DNA of 64,000 nucleotides from Cellvibrionaceae bacterium (GTDB taxonomy: Bacteria; Pseudomonadota; Gammaproteobacteria; Pseudomonadales; Cellvibrionaceae), in contig JBOEGJ010000003.1 of the NCBI GenBank assembly GCA_050633365.1, forward strand, positions 1,172 through 65,171, in the 5' to 3' direction. Of this stretch, positions 46,983-56,139 are shown piece by piece. Every line of letters begins with the position of its first letter. The first letter of the stretch is position 1. The position numbers were made by a program, and so were the translations under genes. Below the pieces are notes generated by a model. The model was not told the origin of the DNA, searched no databases, and saw only the letters and a list, made by a program, of their open reading frames with translations.

Positions 46983-47261
46983 TTAAGTTTCGCTGGCTAA
47001 GGCTTCTTCAGCATCGGCAACCAGTCGCTGTTTCAGGTCTTGTTCTAGATCATTCCAATGAACGTCTAGCAAGGCGCCTTGAAGTGCGTACAGCATTACC
47101 TTCGAGACGTGAATGCCTCTGGCTTTGATGCGAATATAGGCTTCTACAGGGCCCATGTTATTTAAGTCGGCGTAAGAATTAACGCCTATCGCGTGCAGAA
47201 TATTAACTGAGGCTGCCCCCAGGTTTTTGAGCTGGAGCAAATCACTATGACTATCCGTCAT
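46983..47261 (-). CDS. TfoX/Sxy C-terminal-domain protein
   Basis: LLQLKNLGAAS, MGPVEAY, SKVMLYALQGALLDVHW. Confidence 0.9.
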   Translation of the reverse strand: MTDSHSDLLQLKNLGAASVNILHAIGVNSYADLNNMGPVEAYIRIKARGIHVSKVMLYALQGALLDVHWNDLEQDLKQRLVADAEEALASET

Positions 47262-47375
47262 AAAGGCGAGTCCCCAAAAAGGTTAGTTGTTATTGTTATT
47301 GTGTCTGTGGTTTAGCCCGAAGACTGTGTGGTTATAATACATGCTTCCAAGATGATCGCAAATGTGACGTAGAAT

Positions 47376-48065
47376 ATGACAAATCCTAATATAGAGCAGC
47401 TGACCGGAAAGGCGCAAAACCACCTCAACAGCTGCTGGAGCGGGAGTTTAATTCACGCAGAGACTCTTTCGTCCCTGGAGCGGTTGCGCGAGCGGGCGAG
47501 CAAGGCCGGCTTTCAATTGGCGATTGCCAGCAGCTTTCGCGATTACCATCGGCAAGCGATCATCTGGCAAGAAAAGATCCAGGGTAAGCGGCCTGTTTAC
47601 GACGATGAGGGCAATTTATTGGATGTGAGTTGTCTTTCTGACGATGAGGTTTTGTCAGCCATTTTACGCTGGTCTGCATTGCCGGGGGTTTCTCGTCACC
47701 ATTGGGGGACTGACTTTGACTTCTATGATGCAAGCGCTATCGATGACCGCTATCGACTTCAGTTGATCCCAGAGGAGTACCAAGAGGGCGGGCCTTTTAG
47801 TGACTTGTCTCAATGGCTTGCGGAGAAAGTGCAAGGCGATGACGCTGAGGGTTTTTTCTTTCCTTATGAAAAGGATCTTGGTGGTGTTGCTCCAGAGCCT
47901 TGGCATCTGAGTCATAGGCCGACTGCCCGAGCTTTTGAATCTCTTTGGAGCTTCGATCGTTTTATGGCAATGCTCGATGAAGGTATCTGGCCGTTAGAGG
48001 GAGCAATCCGCAAGCGCGCTAAAGACATCTATCACTATTATGTGGCCCCTGCGGTGAGACCTTAA
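47376..48065 (+). CDS. M15-family metallopeptidase (D-Ala-D-Ala carboxypeptidase-like)
   Basis: SSFRD, SALPGVSRHHWGTDFD, EPWHLS. Confidence 0.9.
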   Translation: MTNPNIEQLTGKAQNHLNSCWSGSLIHAETLSSLERLRERASKAGFQLAIASSFRDYHRQAIIWQEKIQGKRPVYDDEGNLLDVSCLSDDEVLSAILRWSALPGVSRHHWGTDFDFYDASAIDDRYRLQLIPEEYQEGGPFSDLSQWLAEKVQGDDAEGFFFPYEKDLGGVAPEPWHLSHRPTARAFESLWSFDRFMAMLDEGIWPLEGAIRKRAKDIYHYYVAPAVRP

Positions 48066-48136
48066 CCGCGCCCGTTCATTGATAGAGTGAAGCGAGGGCC
48101 TATGTTAAGCTTTGGCCCATTATGGAGGGTTTCCCA

Positions 48137-48991
48137 ATGGCACAAGATGCAAATCAAAATCCTGTACAGACCTCACTGCAGGGGGCGCCAACGGACAAGC
48201 CTTTGGCATCTGATTGCGCCGAGGATTTCATTTGGCAGGCGATACGAGCTGAAGCGCAAGAGGCGAGTCGCGATGAGCCAGTATTGGCCAGTTATTATCA
48301 CGCCGCTATATTGAATCACCCGACGTTTGATGCGGCGATTAGCTTTCACATGGCCAATAAGCTGGACAGTTCAACCGTTCAGGCAATGACTATTCGAGAA
48401 GTGTTTGAGGAGGCGCTCGCCGCGGACGATCAAATTGGCGAAGCCATGCGTGCGGATATCAAGGCCTACAAAGATCGTGATCCCGCCTGTGATCGATTCA
48501 CTATCCCGTTTTTATATTACAAAGGCTTTCATGCGCTGCAAGCTCAGCGAGTCAGTCATTGGTTATGGCGCCAAGGGCGAAAATCACTGGCCCTCTATTT
48601 GCAAAATCAGATTTCACAAACCTTTGGTGTGGATATTCACCCCGGGGCGCGAGTGGGTAAAGGCATTATGATTGATCACGCAACCGGCGTGGTTGTGGGT
48701 GAAACGGCGGTGATCGGCGACGATGTGTCTATGTTGCACGCCGTCACTTTAGGTGGTTCCGGTTGCCAGAGCGGCGCGCGCCACCCCAAGATTGGCTGCG
48801 GTGTGTTGATTAGTGCCGGGGCAAAGATCTTGGGGGATATTAGTGTGGGGGATGGCGCCAAGATTGGTGCCGGTAGCGTGGTACTTGAATCTGTACCTGC
48901 TCATACGACGGTGGCGGGTGTGCCCGCGAAAATTGTTGGGCGGCCGCAGTGCGATGCGCCGGCGTTGAATATGGACCACCACCTTGAATAA
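48137..48991 (+). CDS. cysE: Serine O-acetyltransferase
   Basis: RDPAC, YKGFHALQ, VDIHPGA, IDHATGVVVGETAVIG, RHPKIG; GGAGG RBS before 48137. Confidence 0.96.
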   Translation: MAQDANQNPVQTSLQGAPTDKPLASDCAEDFIWQAIRAEAQEASRDEPVLASYYHAAILNHPTFDAAISFHMANKLDSSTVQAMTIREVFEEALAADDQIGEAMRADIKAYKDRDPACDRFTIPFLYYKGFHALQAQRVSHWLWRQGRKSLALYLQNQISQTFGVDIHPGARVGKGIMIDHATGVVVGETAVIGDDVSMLHAVTLGGSGCQSGARHPKIGCGVLISAGAKILGDISVGDGAKIGAGSVVLESVPAHTTVAGVPAKIVGRPQCDAPALNMDHHLE

Positions 48992-49027
48992 CCGATTAAA
49001 TGTTATTGCTGTTAAGGGATTGAATCT

Positions 49028-50089
49028 TTGAAGTCGTCCGCTGATGAAACGCTTCTAGAGCTAGCTCGACAAAAGCTAGAAACCGCGCTAGAGCAAATGC
49101 GAGAGCATCAAGTTCCTACCACGCCAGAGAATATCATGGTCTGGTATCACTACGTGCAAGCGGATATGCCTGCGCTTGTGATCGAAGTGGATAAAGTTAT
49201 CGCTCGTAAAATATCGTTTAGCGCACAACTAAGCAGTCAGTTGTATCAACGCTTTTTTACTGAAATGGATCGTCGAAAGTTGGAGCTCTTGCAGGGAGCG
49301 ATCCGCCAGCTGATAACGCATTTCTCAGAGCATATAGAAGCTTTAACCGACGGTGTCAGTGATTTTGAATCAGTACTGGTTCAATGCATTGAGGGTTTGA
49401 GTGGCGACTTAGACGAAGCAGCCTTGTCGTCGCTTGTAGAAACCTTATTAGCGGAATCTCAGCAGGCGAAGAAAGTGGGGGTGGATGCACGCCAAAAGAT
49501 CGAAGGGCTCAAGAAAGAGATTGGTGAGTTGAGAAGCTCATTAGAAGAATTGGAGCGCAGCGCCTTAGAAGATGCACTTACCAGTGTTGCCAATCGCAGG
49601 GCATTTGATCAGGTGTTTGGCGAGCAATTATCTCTCACTAAGAGCTCTGTTAACGGCTGTTGTTTGTTGCTGATCGACATTGACCACTTTAAGAACTTTA
49701 ACGATAAATACGGTCACCAGGCTGGCGATAAAGTGCTTAGGTTTGTTGCGTCGGTACTGAAGAATATGACCAAAGGGCAGGATTTTGTTGCGCGTTATGG
49801 TGGCGAAGAATTTGCAATAATTTTGCCGTCCACGGCCTACAGTGGCGGTATGTCGTTGGCTCGCTCTCTCGCGGCTAGTATCGCAACTTCACGATTAACG
49901 ATCGACGCTAAACGCAAAATTGTGGACTTCGTCACTGTGTCTGTTGGGGTTAGTTGGAGCCGTAAAGGCGATACCACCGAAACCATGTTTCGTCGGGCCG
50001 ATGCCAGCCTTTATCAGGCGAAAGAAAGTGGCCGAAATCGAGTGTTAGGGCAGCAAGACTTGGATGGTGGTGGTCGCTCTAGGCTTTAA
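49028..50089 (+). CDS. Cytoplasmic diguanylate cyclase (helical N-terminus + GGEEF)
   Basis: DALTSVANRR, IDIDHFKNFNDKYGH, ARYGGEEF, ADASLYQAK. Confidence 0.93.
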   Translation: MKSSADETLLELARQKLETALEQMREHQVPTTPENIMVWYHYVQADMPALVIEVDKVIARKISFSAQLSSQLYQRFFTEMDRRKLELLQGAIRQLITHFSEHIEALTDGVSDFESVLVQCIEGLSGDLDEAALSSLVETLLAESQQAKKVGVDARQKIEGLKKEIGELRSSLEELERSALEDALTSVANRRAFDQVFGEQLSLTKSSVNGCCLLLIDIDHFKNFNDKYGHQAGDKVLRFVASVLKNMTKGQDFVARYGGEEFAIILPSTAYSGGMSLARSLAASIATSRLTIDAKRKIVDFVTVSVGVSWSRKGDTTETMFRRADASLYQAKESGRNRVLGQQDLDGGGRSRL

Positions 50090-50312
50090 TCACTTCTCTG
50101 ATCTGTAGCCAGTTCAATACCGACTGACGGCTTCTGAGTATACCTGCCAGATGTTGCACTTGATCTAAATTAGGTTGGTTGGTTTGCTCTAGCAAACTGA
50201 TGCGTTTGGTTAGATTTTCAACTTCATTGGTGAGCTGTTTTTCCAAGTGAATGCAGCTTATTTTGTGGTCCCCTAGAAACAGTGTTCTGGGCTTTTGTCG
50301 TCTTGTTAACAT
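50079..50312 (-). CDS. Small hypothetical protein (77 aa), paralog of the upstream gene
   Basis: Aligns without gaps to the 88-aa neighbour over 60 aa. Confidence 0.75.
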   Translation of the reverse strand: MLTRRQKPRTLFLGDHKISCIHLEKQLTNEVENLTKRISLLEQTNQPNLDQVQHLAGILRSRQSVLNWLQIREVIKA

Positions 50313-50340
50313 GGCTTCGTCCTTGAATGTGTCAACGAAT

Positions 50341-50607
50341 TTATCGGTTTATTTGTCTCAGCGAAAGTGAGTTTCTTTGTTCGTCTTCTGGCAAATACTC
50401 GGCCAACCAGTGTAGCACCGAGCGTCGACTTGAAAGCATGTCTTCGTAGGTTTTGAGGATCACTGTGTTGGGGACGGCCTGACTTTTAATGGCGAGGATA
50501 CGGTCTTCTAGAAAGAACACGTCCTGTTCAATTTTACTTGATATGGCATCAATTTTGACTCGCTTGTCGCCAATAACCAGTGATTGAATATTGGGGCTTC
50601 TATTCAT
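50341..50607 (-). CDS. Small hypothetical protein (88 aa)
   Basis: AAGGA RBS; shares L-x2-GD...RI...PN...L-x-SR-x-SVL-x-WL with the downstream gene. Confidence 0.8.
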   Translation of the reverse strand: MNRSPNIQSLVIGDKRVKIDAISSKIEQDVFFLEDRILAIKSQAVPNTVILKTYEDMLSSRRSVLHWLAEYLPEDEQRNSLSLRQINR

Positions 50608-50793
50608 TGAGATTCCTTAGCACTGTTGCCGTTGTCGATCATAAGTCGATCGGACTGAATTTCCCTATTGAGTAAAGTATGGGGCAGGAGTTCATAATCG
50701 GCCAGTCTGCAATGGCTGAATCGCTTGTGAGATTTTGCCTACAAGGGGTGCTATGATTGGCTTACATTGTCGACACCAATAACGCCTATTGCT

Positions 50794-51573
50794 ATGACTG
50801 AATCCGATTCTTCTCTATTTGACATCATCTTTCGCGGCGACATTATGCCTGGCCATCAGCTGCCAAAGGTTAAGGCAAAATTGGCTCAGCTTTTTAAGGC
50901 CAGCGAGCAAAAAATTGACGCCCTATTTTCCGGCGCTGCAGTGCCGCTGAAGAAGAACTTAGAAAGGGTCTCGGCCGAAAAATACCAAGCGGTTTTACGT
51001 CAAGCTGGCGCCGATGTGCAGATTGCGCCGGCGGGGAAGATAACCGCGAAACCGGTTCGAGCCCGCGCCGCTGAAGCGAGAGCGTCATCGAGACGTGAGA
51101 CAAGTGCAGGGTCTACCTCCAAGCCTATGACCATGCAGGAGAGGTTGGCGCAACAGCAAAGTGAGGCAGATCAAGCTAAGGCTGCAGCAAAAGCCGCCGC
51201 TCAAGCTTCGCAAAGCAACGAAATCACATTTACCTTAGCGCCAGTTGGGGCAGACTTGCTGGCTTCGTCCGAGAAAACGGTAGAGCCTGAGGTTGATATT
51301 GATGTCAGTGGTTTGAATCTCAAACCTCAGGAGGGCAATCTAGTCGACAGTGCGGAATTGGCCCATGACGACCCCGTGGTGGTTGAGCTGCAAGACTACG
51401 GTCTTAGCGAGTTGGGAGATGATCTGGTGCGAGATGACGAGCGAGGATCGGTTGAGGCCATCGAGGTGAGTCTTCTCGATGCTGATTTAGCTCCGGTGGG
51501 CAGCGAGCTGGGACAAATTCAGAAGTCGCCACCGCCACCGCCGCCAGATACCAGTTCAATCACTTTGGAATAG
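50794..51573 (+). CDS. Hypothetical protein: conserved small N-terminal domain, A/Q-rich linker, acidic repeats, Pro-rich tail
   Basis: FDIIFRG...KLAQLFK...LFSG...KY...AGA N-domain; three acidic L(A/S/K)(P/E)xGxxL-type repeats. Confidence 0.8.
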   Translation: MTESDSSLFDIIFRGDIMPGHQLPKVKAKLAQLFKASEQKIDALFSGAAVPLKKNLERVSAEKYQAVLRQAGADVQIAPAGKITAKPVRARAAEARASSRRETSAGSTSKPMTMQERLAQQQSEADQAKAAAKAAAQASQSNEITFTLAPVGADLLASSEKTVEPEVDIDVSGLNLKPQEGNLVDSAELAHDDPVVVELQDYGLSELGDDLVRDDERGSVEAIEVSLLDADLAPVGSELGQIQKSPPPPPPDTSSITLE

Positions 51574-51577
51574 CCAT

Positions 51578-51605
51578 AAAAAAACGCCGCGTGAAGCGGC
51601 GTTTT
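51578..51605. terminator. Bidirectional terminator between convergent genes
   Basis: AAAACGCCGC-GTGAA-GCGGCGTTTT. Confidence 0.8.
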
Positions 51606-51642
51606 GGTGTGCAGGCAGAAAAGCCGCCAAGACAAGCTTGGT

Positions 51643-52191
51643 TTAGAAGTTGGGCTTGTCTTTGCTGTTGTTAAAGTTGTTCTGCGCATCGATGATTTCT
51701 TTGCGGGCTTCGTCTGCGTTGCCCCAACCGTCGATTTTTACCCACTTGCCAGGCTCTAGATCTTTGTAGTGCTGGAAGAAGTGAGAAATTTGATTCAGCG
51801 TCAGCTCAGGCAGATCGCTAATGTCTTCAACGCCTTTATACAGCGGTGTGACTTTCTCGTGAGGTACGGCAATGATTTTCGCATCTTCACCGCCGTCATC
51901 GGTCATTTTCAGAACGCCGACAGGTCGACAGCGAATCACGGCACCAGAAACGACTGCTAAAGGCATGACAACCATAACGTCTACCGGATCGCCGTCACCG
52001 CATAAGGTGTGAGGCACGTAACCGTAGTTGCAGGGGTAGTGCATGGCGGTACCCAGCATACGGTCAACAAAGATCTCGCCAGAGTCTTTATCGACTTCAT
52101 ATTTAATCGGGTCGCCATTTAGAGGGATTTCAATGATGACGTTAATGTCGTTTGGTAGGTCTTTACCGGCTGAGACTTGATCGTAACTCAT
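51643..52191 (-). CDS. ppa: Soluble family I inorganic pyrophosphatase
   Basis: [36 protein letters not shown]. Confidence 0.97.
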   Translation of the reverse strand: MSYDQVSAGKDLPNDINVIIEIPLNGDPIKYEVDKDSGEIFVDRMLGTAMHYPCNYGYVPHTLCGDGDPVDVMVVMPLAVVSGAVIRCRPVGVLKMTDDGGEDAKIIAVPHEKVTPLYKGVEDISDLPELTLNQISHFFQHYKDLEPGKWVKIDGWGNADEARKEIIDAQNNFNNSKDKPNF

Positions 52192-52310
52192 GATCGGGAT
52201 TCCACTGGTCGTTTAAAAAGGCGGCGATTTTAACACAGTTTCACCATAGCTCAATTCAACCTAAGTCTAGAGTGGGAGTTTTCTGTTTTGAATTGATCGG
52301 TTTTTGAACA

Positions 52311-52339
52311 TTGCGCCCTTGCCGTGTCTTGCATAGACT
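52311..52339 (+). promoter_or_regulatory. Putative sigma70 promoter of hppA
   Basis: TTGCGC (52311), 17 nt, TAGACT (52334); implies a leader of about 115 nt. Confidence 0.45.
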
Positions 52340-52460
52340 GAATATCAGGCGGTCGAAAATAGGTACCGCGAGGATGCTGTCTCCCTCCCCGACCGTTACA
52401 GCTTATTCAGCAGGCACCACAGTGTTGTTGGTAAGTCATCATAATAAACAAGGGGTTGTT

Positions 52461-54482
52461 ATGGATATGCTACTACTGCCACCTATTCTGGGTGGTGTTG
52501 GTCTTCTGGCCGCATTAATTATTTACATGATCGTTAAAAGTTATCCCGCAGGTGAGGGTTTGGTGACAGAGATTGCCGATGCCATTCACGACGGTGCCAT
52601 GGTCTTCATGCGCCGTGAATACACGATTTTGGCGGGTTTCGCACTTCTCATCACGATTTTATTATTTTTTGGTTTCCAGAGTTGGCATACGCCGGTTGCC
52701 TTCGTGGTCGGCGCCTTATGTTCGGCGGTGGCGGGCTACATTGGTATGTACACTGCCACTCAGGCGAATGTGCGCACTACCGTCGCGGCTAACGAAAAAG
52801 GGCAGGCCGAGGCGCTTAGCGTGGCGTTTTTTGGCGGCTCGATTATGGGGTTAGTTGTGGCTTCCATGGGGCTTCTCGGCTTGGGCAGCTTGTACTTACT
52901 GTTTGGCGCTGATCCCGAGCATGCCGAAGCGATTCACGGCTTTGGTATGGGCGCTTCGACAGTGGCGCTATTTTCACGTGTCGGTGGGGGTATATTCACC
53001 AAGAGTGCCGACGTAGGCGCTGACTTGGTCGGCAAGGTCGAAGCTGGTATTCCGGAGGATGATCCCCGCAATCCCGGTGTGATTGCCGATAATGTCGGCG
53101 ATAACGTGGGGGATGTGGCCGGAATGGGTTCCGATATCTTTGAGTCTTACTGCGGCTCGATGATTGCCACCATTGCTATCGCATCAACCATGGCCATTGG
53201 CGCTGTCGAGGTGTTGGGTGGGGATAGAGGACAATTGATGTTTGCGCCTTTGGCCCTCGCGTCCATTGGTTTGATTTGTTCGGTGTTGGGCATTGTGCTG
53301 GTGAAGATGGCTTCAACAAAGGCTCCCGAGGTTGCGTTGCGGATGGGCACCATGGGTGCCACGGTATTGTTTATAGGCGCAGCGTGGTTGTTACTGGGGA
53401 GCTTTGGTATTAGCAATAACGTTTGGTTGTGTGTGGTTTGCGGTGCTGTAGGTGGCATGATCATTGGTTTGGTCACAGAGTATTACACCGGTGGCAAGCC
53501 CGTGCAGACCATCGCTGAAGGTGGTGAGACGGGGCCGGCGACGGTAATGATTTCTGGGTTGGCGGTGGGCATGGAGTCCGTGGTCATTCCGGTGCTCACC
53601 ATTGCTGGGATCATTTTTACCACCAGCGCTTTACTGCCTGAAGGATCGGGGGTTTACGGTGTTGGTATTGCCGCTGTGGGTATGTTGGCAACCGTGGGTA
53701 TAACCATGGCCATCGATGCCTATGGGCCTGTGGCGGATAATGCCGGTGGTATTGCCGAAATGGCTGAGTTGGGCGAAGAAACACGCGCGATTACCGACGG
53801 TCTTGATGAGGTGGGCAATACCACTGCGGCAATTGGCAAGGGGTTTGCGATCGGCGCCGCGGGTTTGGCCGCTCTGGCGATTATTGCCGCCTATATTGAA
53901 ACTGTGTCACTGCACGATACTTCCTTTGCGCTAAATATTAGCAATCCTGAAGTCTTGACCGGCATGTTCATCGGCGGAATCTTTCCTTTTATCGTCAGTG
54001 CTATCACCATGCGCGCTGTGGGAGATGCGGCCTTTGATATGATCAAGGAGATCAGGCGTCAATTCAAAGAAATACCAGGGTTAATGGAAGGCACGGCGAA
54101 ACCCGACAGCGAGCGCTGCGTTGATATTGCCACCAAAGCGGCATTGCGACGTATGGTGCTCCCTGGGGCCCTAGCCATTGCCGCGCCTGTGGTGATTGGA
54201 TTTGGTATTGGGCCAGCGGCGTTGGGAGGCATGTTAGGTGGTGCCTTGATTACCTGTGTACTCTTGGCGCTGACCATGGCGAACGCAGGTGGTGCTTGGG
54301 ACAACGCAAAGAAATACGTGGAGAAGGGCAATCTCGGGGGCAAAGGATCTGATGTTCACAAAGCGGTGGTGGTAGGAGACACTGTGGGCGACCCGTTCAA
54401 AGATACCAGTGGTCCGGCGATGAATATCTTAATCAACGTTATGGCTATTGTAAGCTTAGTGATCGCGCCCTTGCTGGTTTAA
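52461..54482 (+). CDS. hppA: Membrane-integral ion-translocating pyrophosphatase, K+-dependent, probably Na+-pumping
   Basis: [32 protein letters not shown] (Ala = K+-dependent), [16 protein letters not shown]. Confidence 0.95.
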   Translation: MDMLLLPPILGGVGLLAALIIYMIVKSYPAGEGLVTEIADAIHDGAMVFMRREYTILAGFALLITILLFFGFQSWHTPVAFVVGALCSAVAGYIGMYTATQANVRTTVAANEKGQAEALSVAFFGGSIMGLVVASMGLLGLGSLYLLFGADPEHAEAIHGFGMGASTVALFSRVGGGIFTKSADVGADLVGKVEAGIPEDDPRNPGVIADNVGDNVGDVAGMGSDIFESYCGSMIATIAIASTMAIGAVEVLGGDRGQLMFAPLALASIGLICSVLGIVLVKMASTKAPEVALRMGTMGATVLFIGAAWLLLGSFGISNNVWLCVVCGAVGGMIIGLVTEYYTGGKPVQTIAEGGETGPATVMISGLAVGMESVVIPVLTIAGIIFTTSALLPEGSGVYGVGIAAVGMLATVGITMAIDAYGPVADNAGGIAEMAELGEETRAITDGLDEVGNTTAAIGKGFAIGAAGLAALAIIAAYIETVSLHDTSFALNISNPEVLTGMFIGGIFPFIVSAITMRAVGDAAFDMIKEIRRQFKEIPGLMEGTAKPDSERCVDIATKAALRRMVLPGALAIAAPVVIGFGIGPAALGGMLGGALITCVLLALTMANAGGAWDNAKKYVEKGNLGGKGSDVHKAVVVGDTVGDPFKDTSGPAMNILINVMAIVSLVIAPLLV

Positions 54483-54542
54483 TCAATTGCCCATCGCATA
54501 GGTGTGTTGGTTGCTATGAGCGCAGCCTATGTGTAGCGGTAT

Positions 54543-54567
54543 AAAGCGCCTTACGGGCGCTTTTTTT
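54543..54567 (+). terminator. Rho-independent terminator after hppA
   Basis: AAAGCGCC-TTACG-GGCGCTTTTTTT. Confidence 0.8.
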
Positions 54568-54676
54568 GTGCGCTGGCTTTGACTCGCTTTGCGACATTGC
54601 TTCCCTGTCGTGAGTGGACGAGAGGGAACTGGGTTGGTTGTCTGTGGTCTCAAAGCCATTGATGATGGAGTCAGTT

Positions 54677-55315
54677 ATGAAGTTGTATGGCGTTAGCGTG
54701 TATCGCGAGTTGTTTCTCAAGGTGAGTCTTTGTTTGTTTCTTGGTTTGTCTCTTGGGGCACTAACGGCACAAGTTCACGGGGAGGAGAAGGGAAAAACCA
54801 TTTCCGTGGCCACATTTGGCGGGGGGTGTTTTTGGTGTATGGAGCCACCGTTCGACAAACTGGAAGGCGTGTTAAAAACCGAATCCGGTTACAGTGGTGG
54901 GCACGTAAAAAATCCGACCTATAAACAGGTGGTTCGAGGCAACACCGGTCACGTGGAAGTGGTTCAGGTGAGCTACGATGCTAAGGTGATTTCCTATCAA
55001 GAACTGTTGGCTGTTTTTTGGCGCAACATCGACCCCTATGATAATGGTGGGCAGTTTTGTGATCGAGGTTATTCCTATCGTCCGGTAATCTTCGCCCATG
55101 ATGACGCTCAAATCGAGGCGGCCAACTTGAGTAAAGAAGCGCTCAATTTAGATGGTAACAAAACCCCGGTCGAAGCCTTCAAGAACTTTTACTCAGCGGA
55201 AAAGTATCATCAAGACTACTATCAAAAAAATCCGGTTCGCTACAAATATTATCGCTACAGCTGTGGCCGAGATCAGCGCTTAAGCGATGTTTGGGATAAA
55301 ATCGATAACAACTGA
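54677..55315 (+). CDS. msrA: Peptide-methionine (S)-S-oxide reductase, probably exported
   Basis: GGGCFWCME, SGYSGG, GHVEVVQV, AEKYHQDYY; signal-like N-terminus. Confidence 0.95.
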   Translation: MKLYGVSVYRELFLKVSLCLFLGLSLGALTAQVHGEEKGKTISVATFGGGCFWCMEPPFDKLEGVLKTESGYSGGHVKNPTYKQVVRGNTGHVEVVQVSYDAKVISYQELLAVFWRNIDPYDNGGQFCDRGYSYRPVIFAHDDAQIEAANLSKEALNLDGNKTPVEAFKNFYSAEKYHQDYYQKNPVRYKYYRYSCGRDQRLSDVWDKIDNN

Positions 55316-56139
55316 TCGTAAAAGGCGCTGGTGGGAATGGCCAGCGCTAGGGTGTTCTGGCGGGAGTCGATACTTCTTCCCGCGTGTATGCCTAGCAAAT
55401 GCCAATATCCGGCTTGTTGGATCAGTAGTGGCCCGCCTGAGTCACCCGAAAGTCCGTGGCAATTGTTGCCCAGCAAATTTCTGGGAAAATGCTTAGGCGT
55501 TGGGGATAGCTGGCACTGAGTGTCGAGACTTAATGCCTCACGAGTATCCCGCCGATAACCGGCTAGGGCGACGTGGCTTTCTGATTGCTGCAGTTGACGT
55601 TGCTGGCTGGGGCTTAAGAGTTGAAGTGAAAAATAACCCAGTAGTAACCCCAGCGGCTCCTCTAGTTCGATGAGGGCCCAATCTTCACTGAGCTGTTGCG
55701 GATCGACGCTGACTCGAAATTGGTAATTCGGATTAGGGAAGATGTTCTTTGCCCGGCTGTGCGCCACATACTCTTCCTGTTGATAACCCGCCAGAAAATG
55801 AATGAATTGAGCGGGATACCAATCCTCTGTGTTCTGATTCCAGAGGCAGTGCGCGGCGGTCACAATAACTCGGTCAGAGATTAGACTGGCAGAACAAAAT
55901 TTGCGTCCAGCGATGCTCAGGTTGCCAATACGATTCCAAGGGGATTGCTTGGCGTCAATAATGACGCGTTCGGTGGGGAAGTTGGTTGGCAGCCCCTCTC
56001 GATGCATCGGCTGAGTTACGGAGTGGCTGTTAATGTTTGTCACTGGCGTCGCGCTTTGTGCTAGTGCGAAGGCTGCAGTTAGAGTGATTAATGCAGCATA
56101 AAAAAGGCTTTTAGCAATCACAGGAAAAGTAGCGCTCAT
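55273..56139 (-). CDS. Exported trypsin-like (V8/glutamyl endopeptidase-type) serine protease
   Basis: TAAHCL, DWAL, GDSGGPL; convergent 43-nt overlap with msrA. Confidence 0.88.
   Translation of the reverse strand: MSATFPVIAKSLFYAALITLTAAFALAQSATPVTNINSHSVTQPMHREGLPTNFPTERVIIDAKQSPWNRIGNLSIAGRKFCSASLISDRVIVTAAHCLWNQNTEDWYPAQFIHFLAGYQQEEYVAHSRAKNIFPNPNYQFRVSVDPQQLSEDWALIELEEPLGLLLGYFSLQLLSPSQQRQLQQSESHVALAGYRRDTREALSLDTQCQLSPTPKHFPRNLLGNNCHGLSGDSGGPLLIQQAGYWHLLGIHAGRSIDSRQNTLALAIPTSAFYDQLLSILSQTSLKR

Noticed and set aside
50608-50766. sigma28 promoter for the small paralog pair (GCCGATTA on the minus strand)
   Set aside because: No properly spaced TAAA/TCAAG -35 element
52340-52460. Fluoride, Na+ or Li+ riboswitch upstream of hppA
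   Set aside because: GAGGATG only partly resembles GGNGAUG and the GCUGAUG element is missing; kept only as an unassigned structured leader
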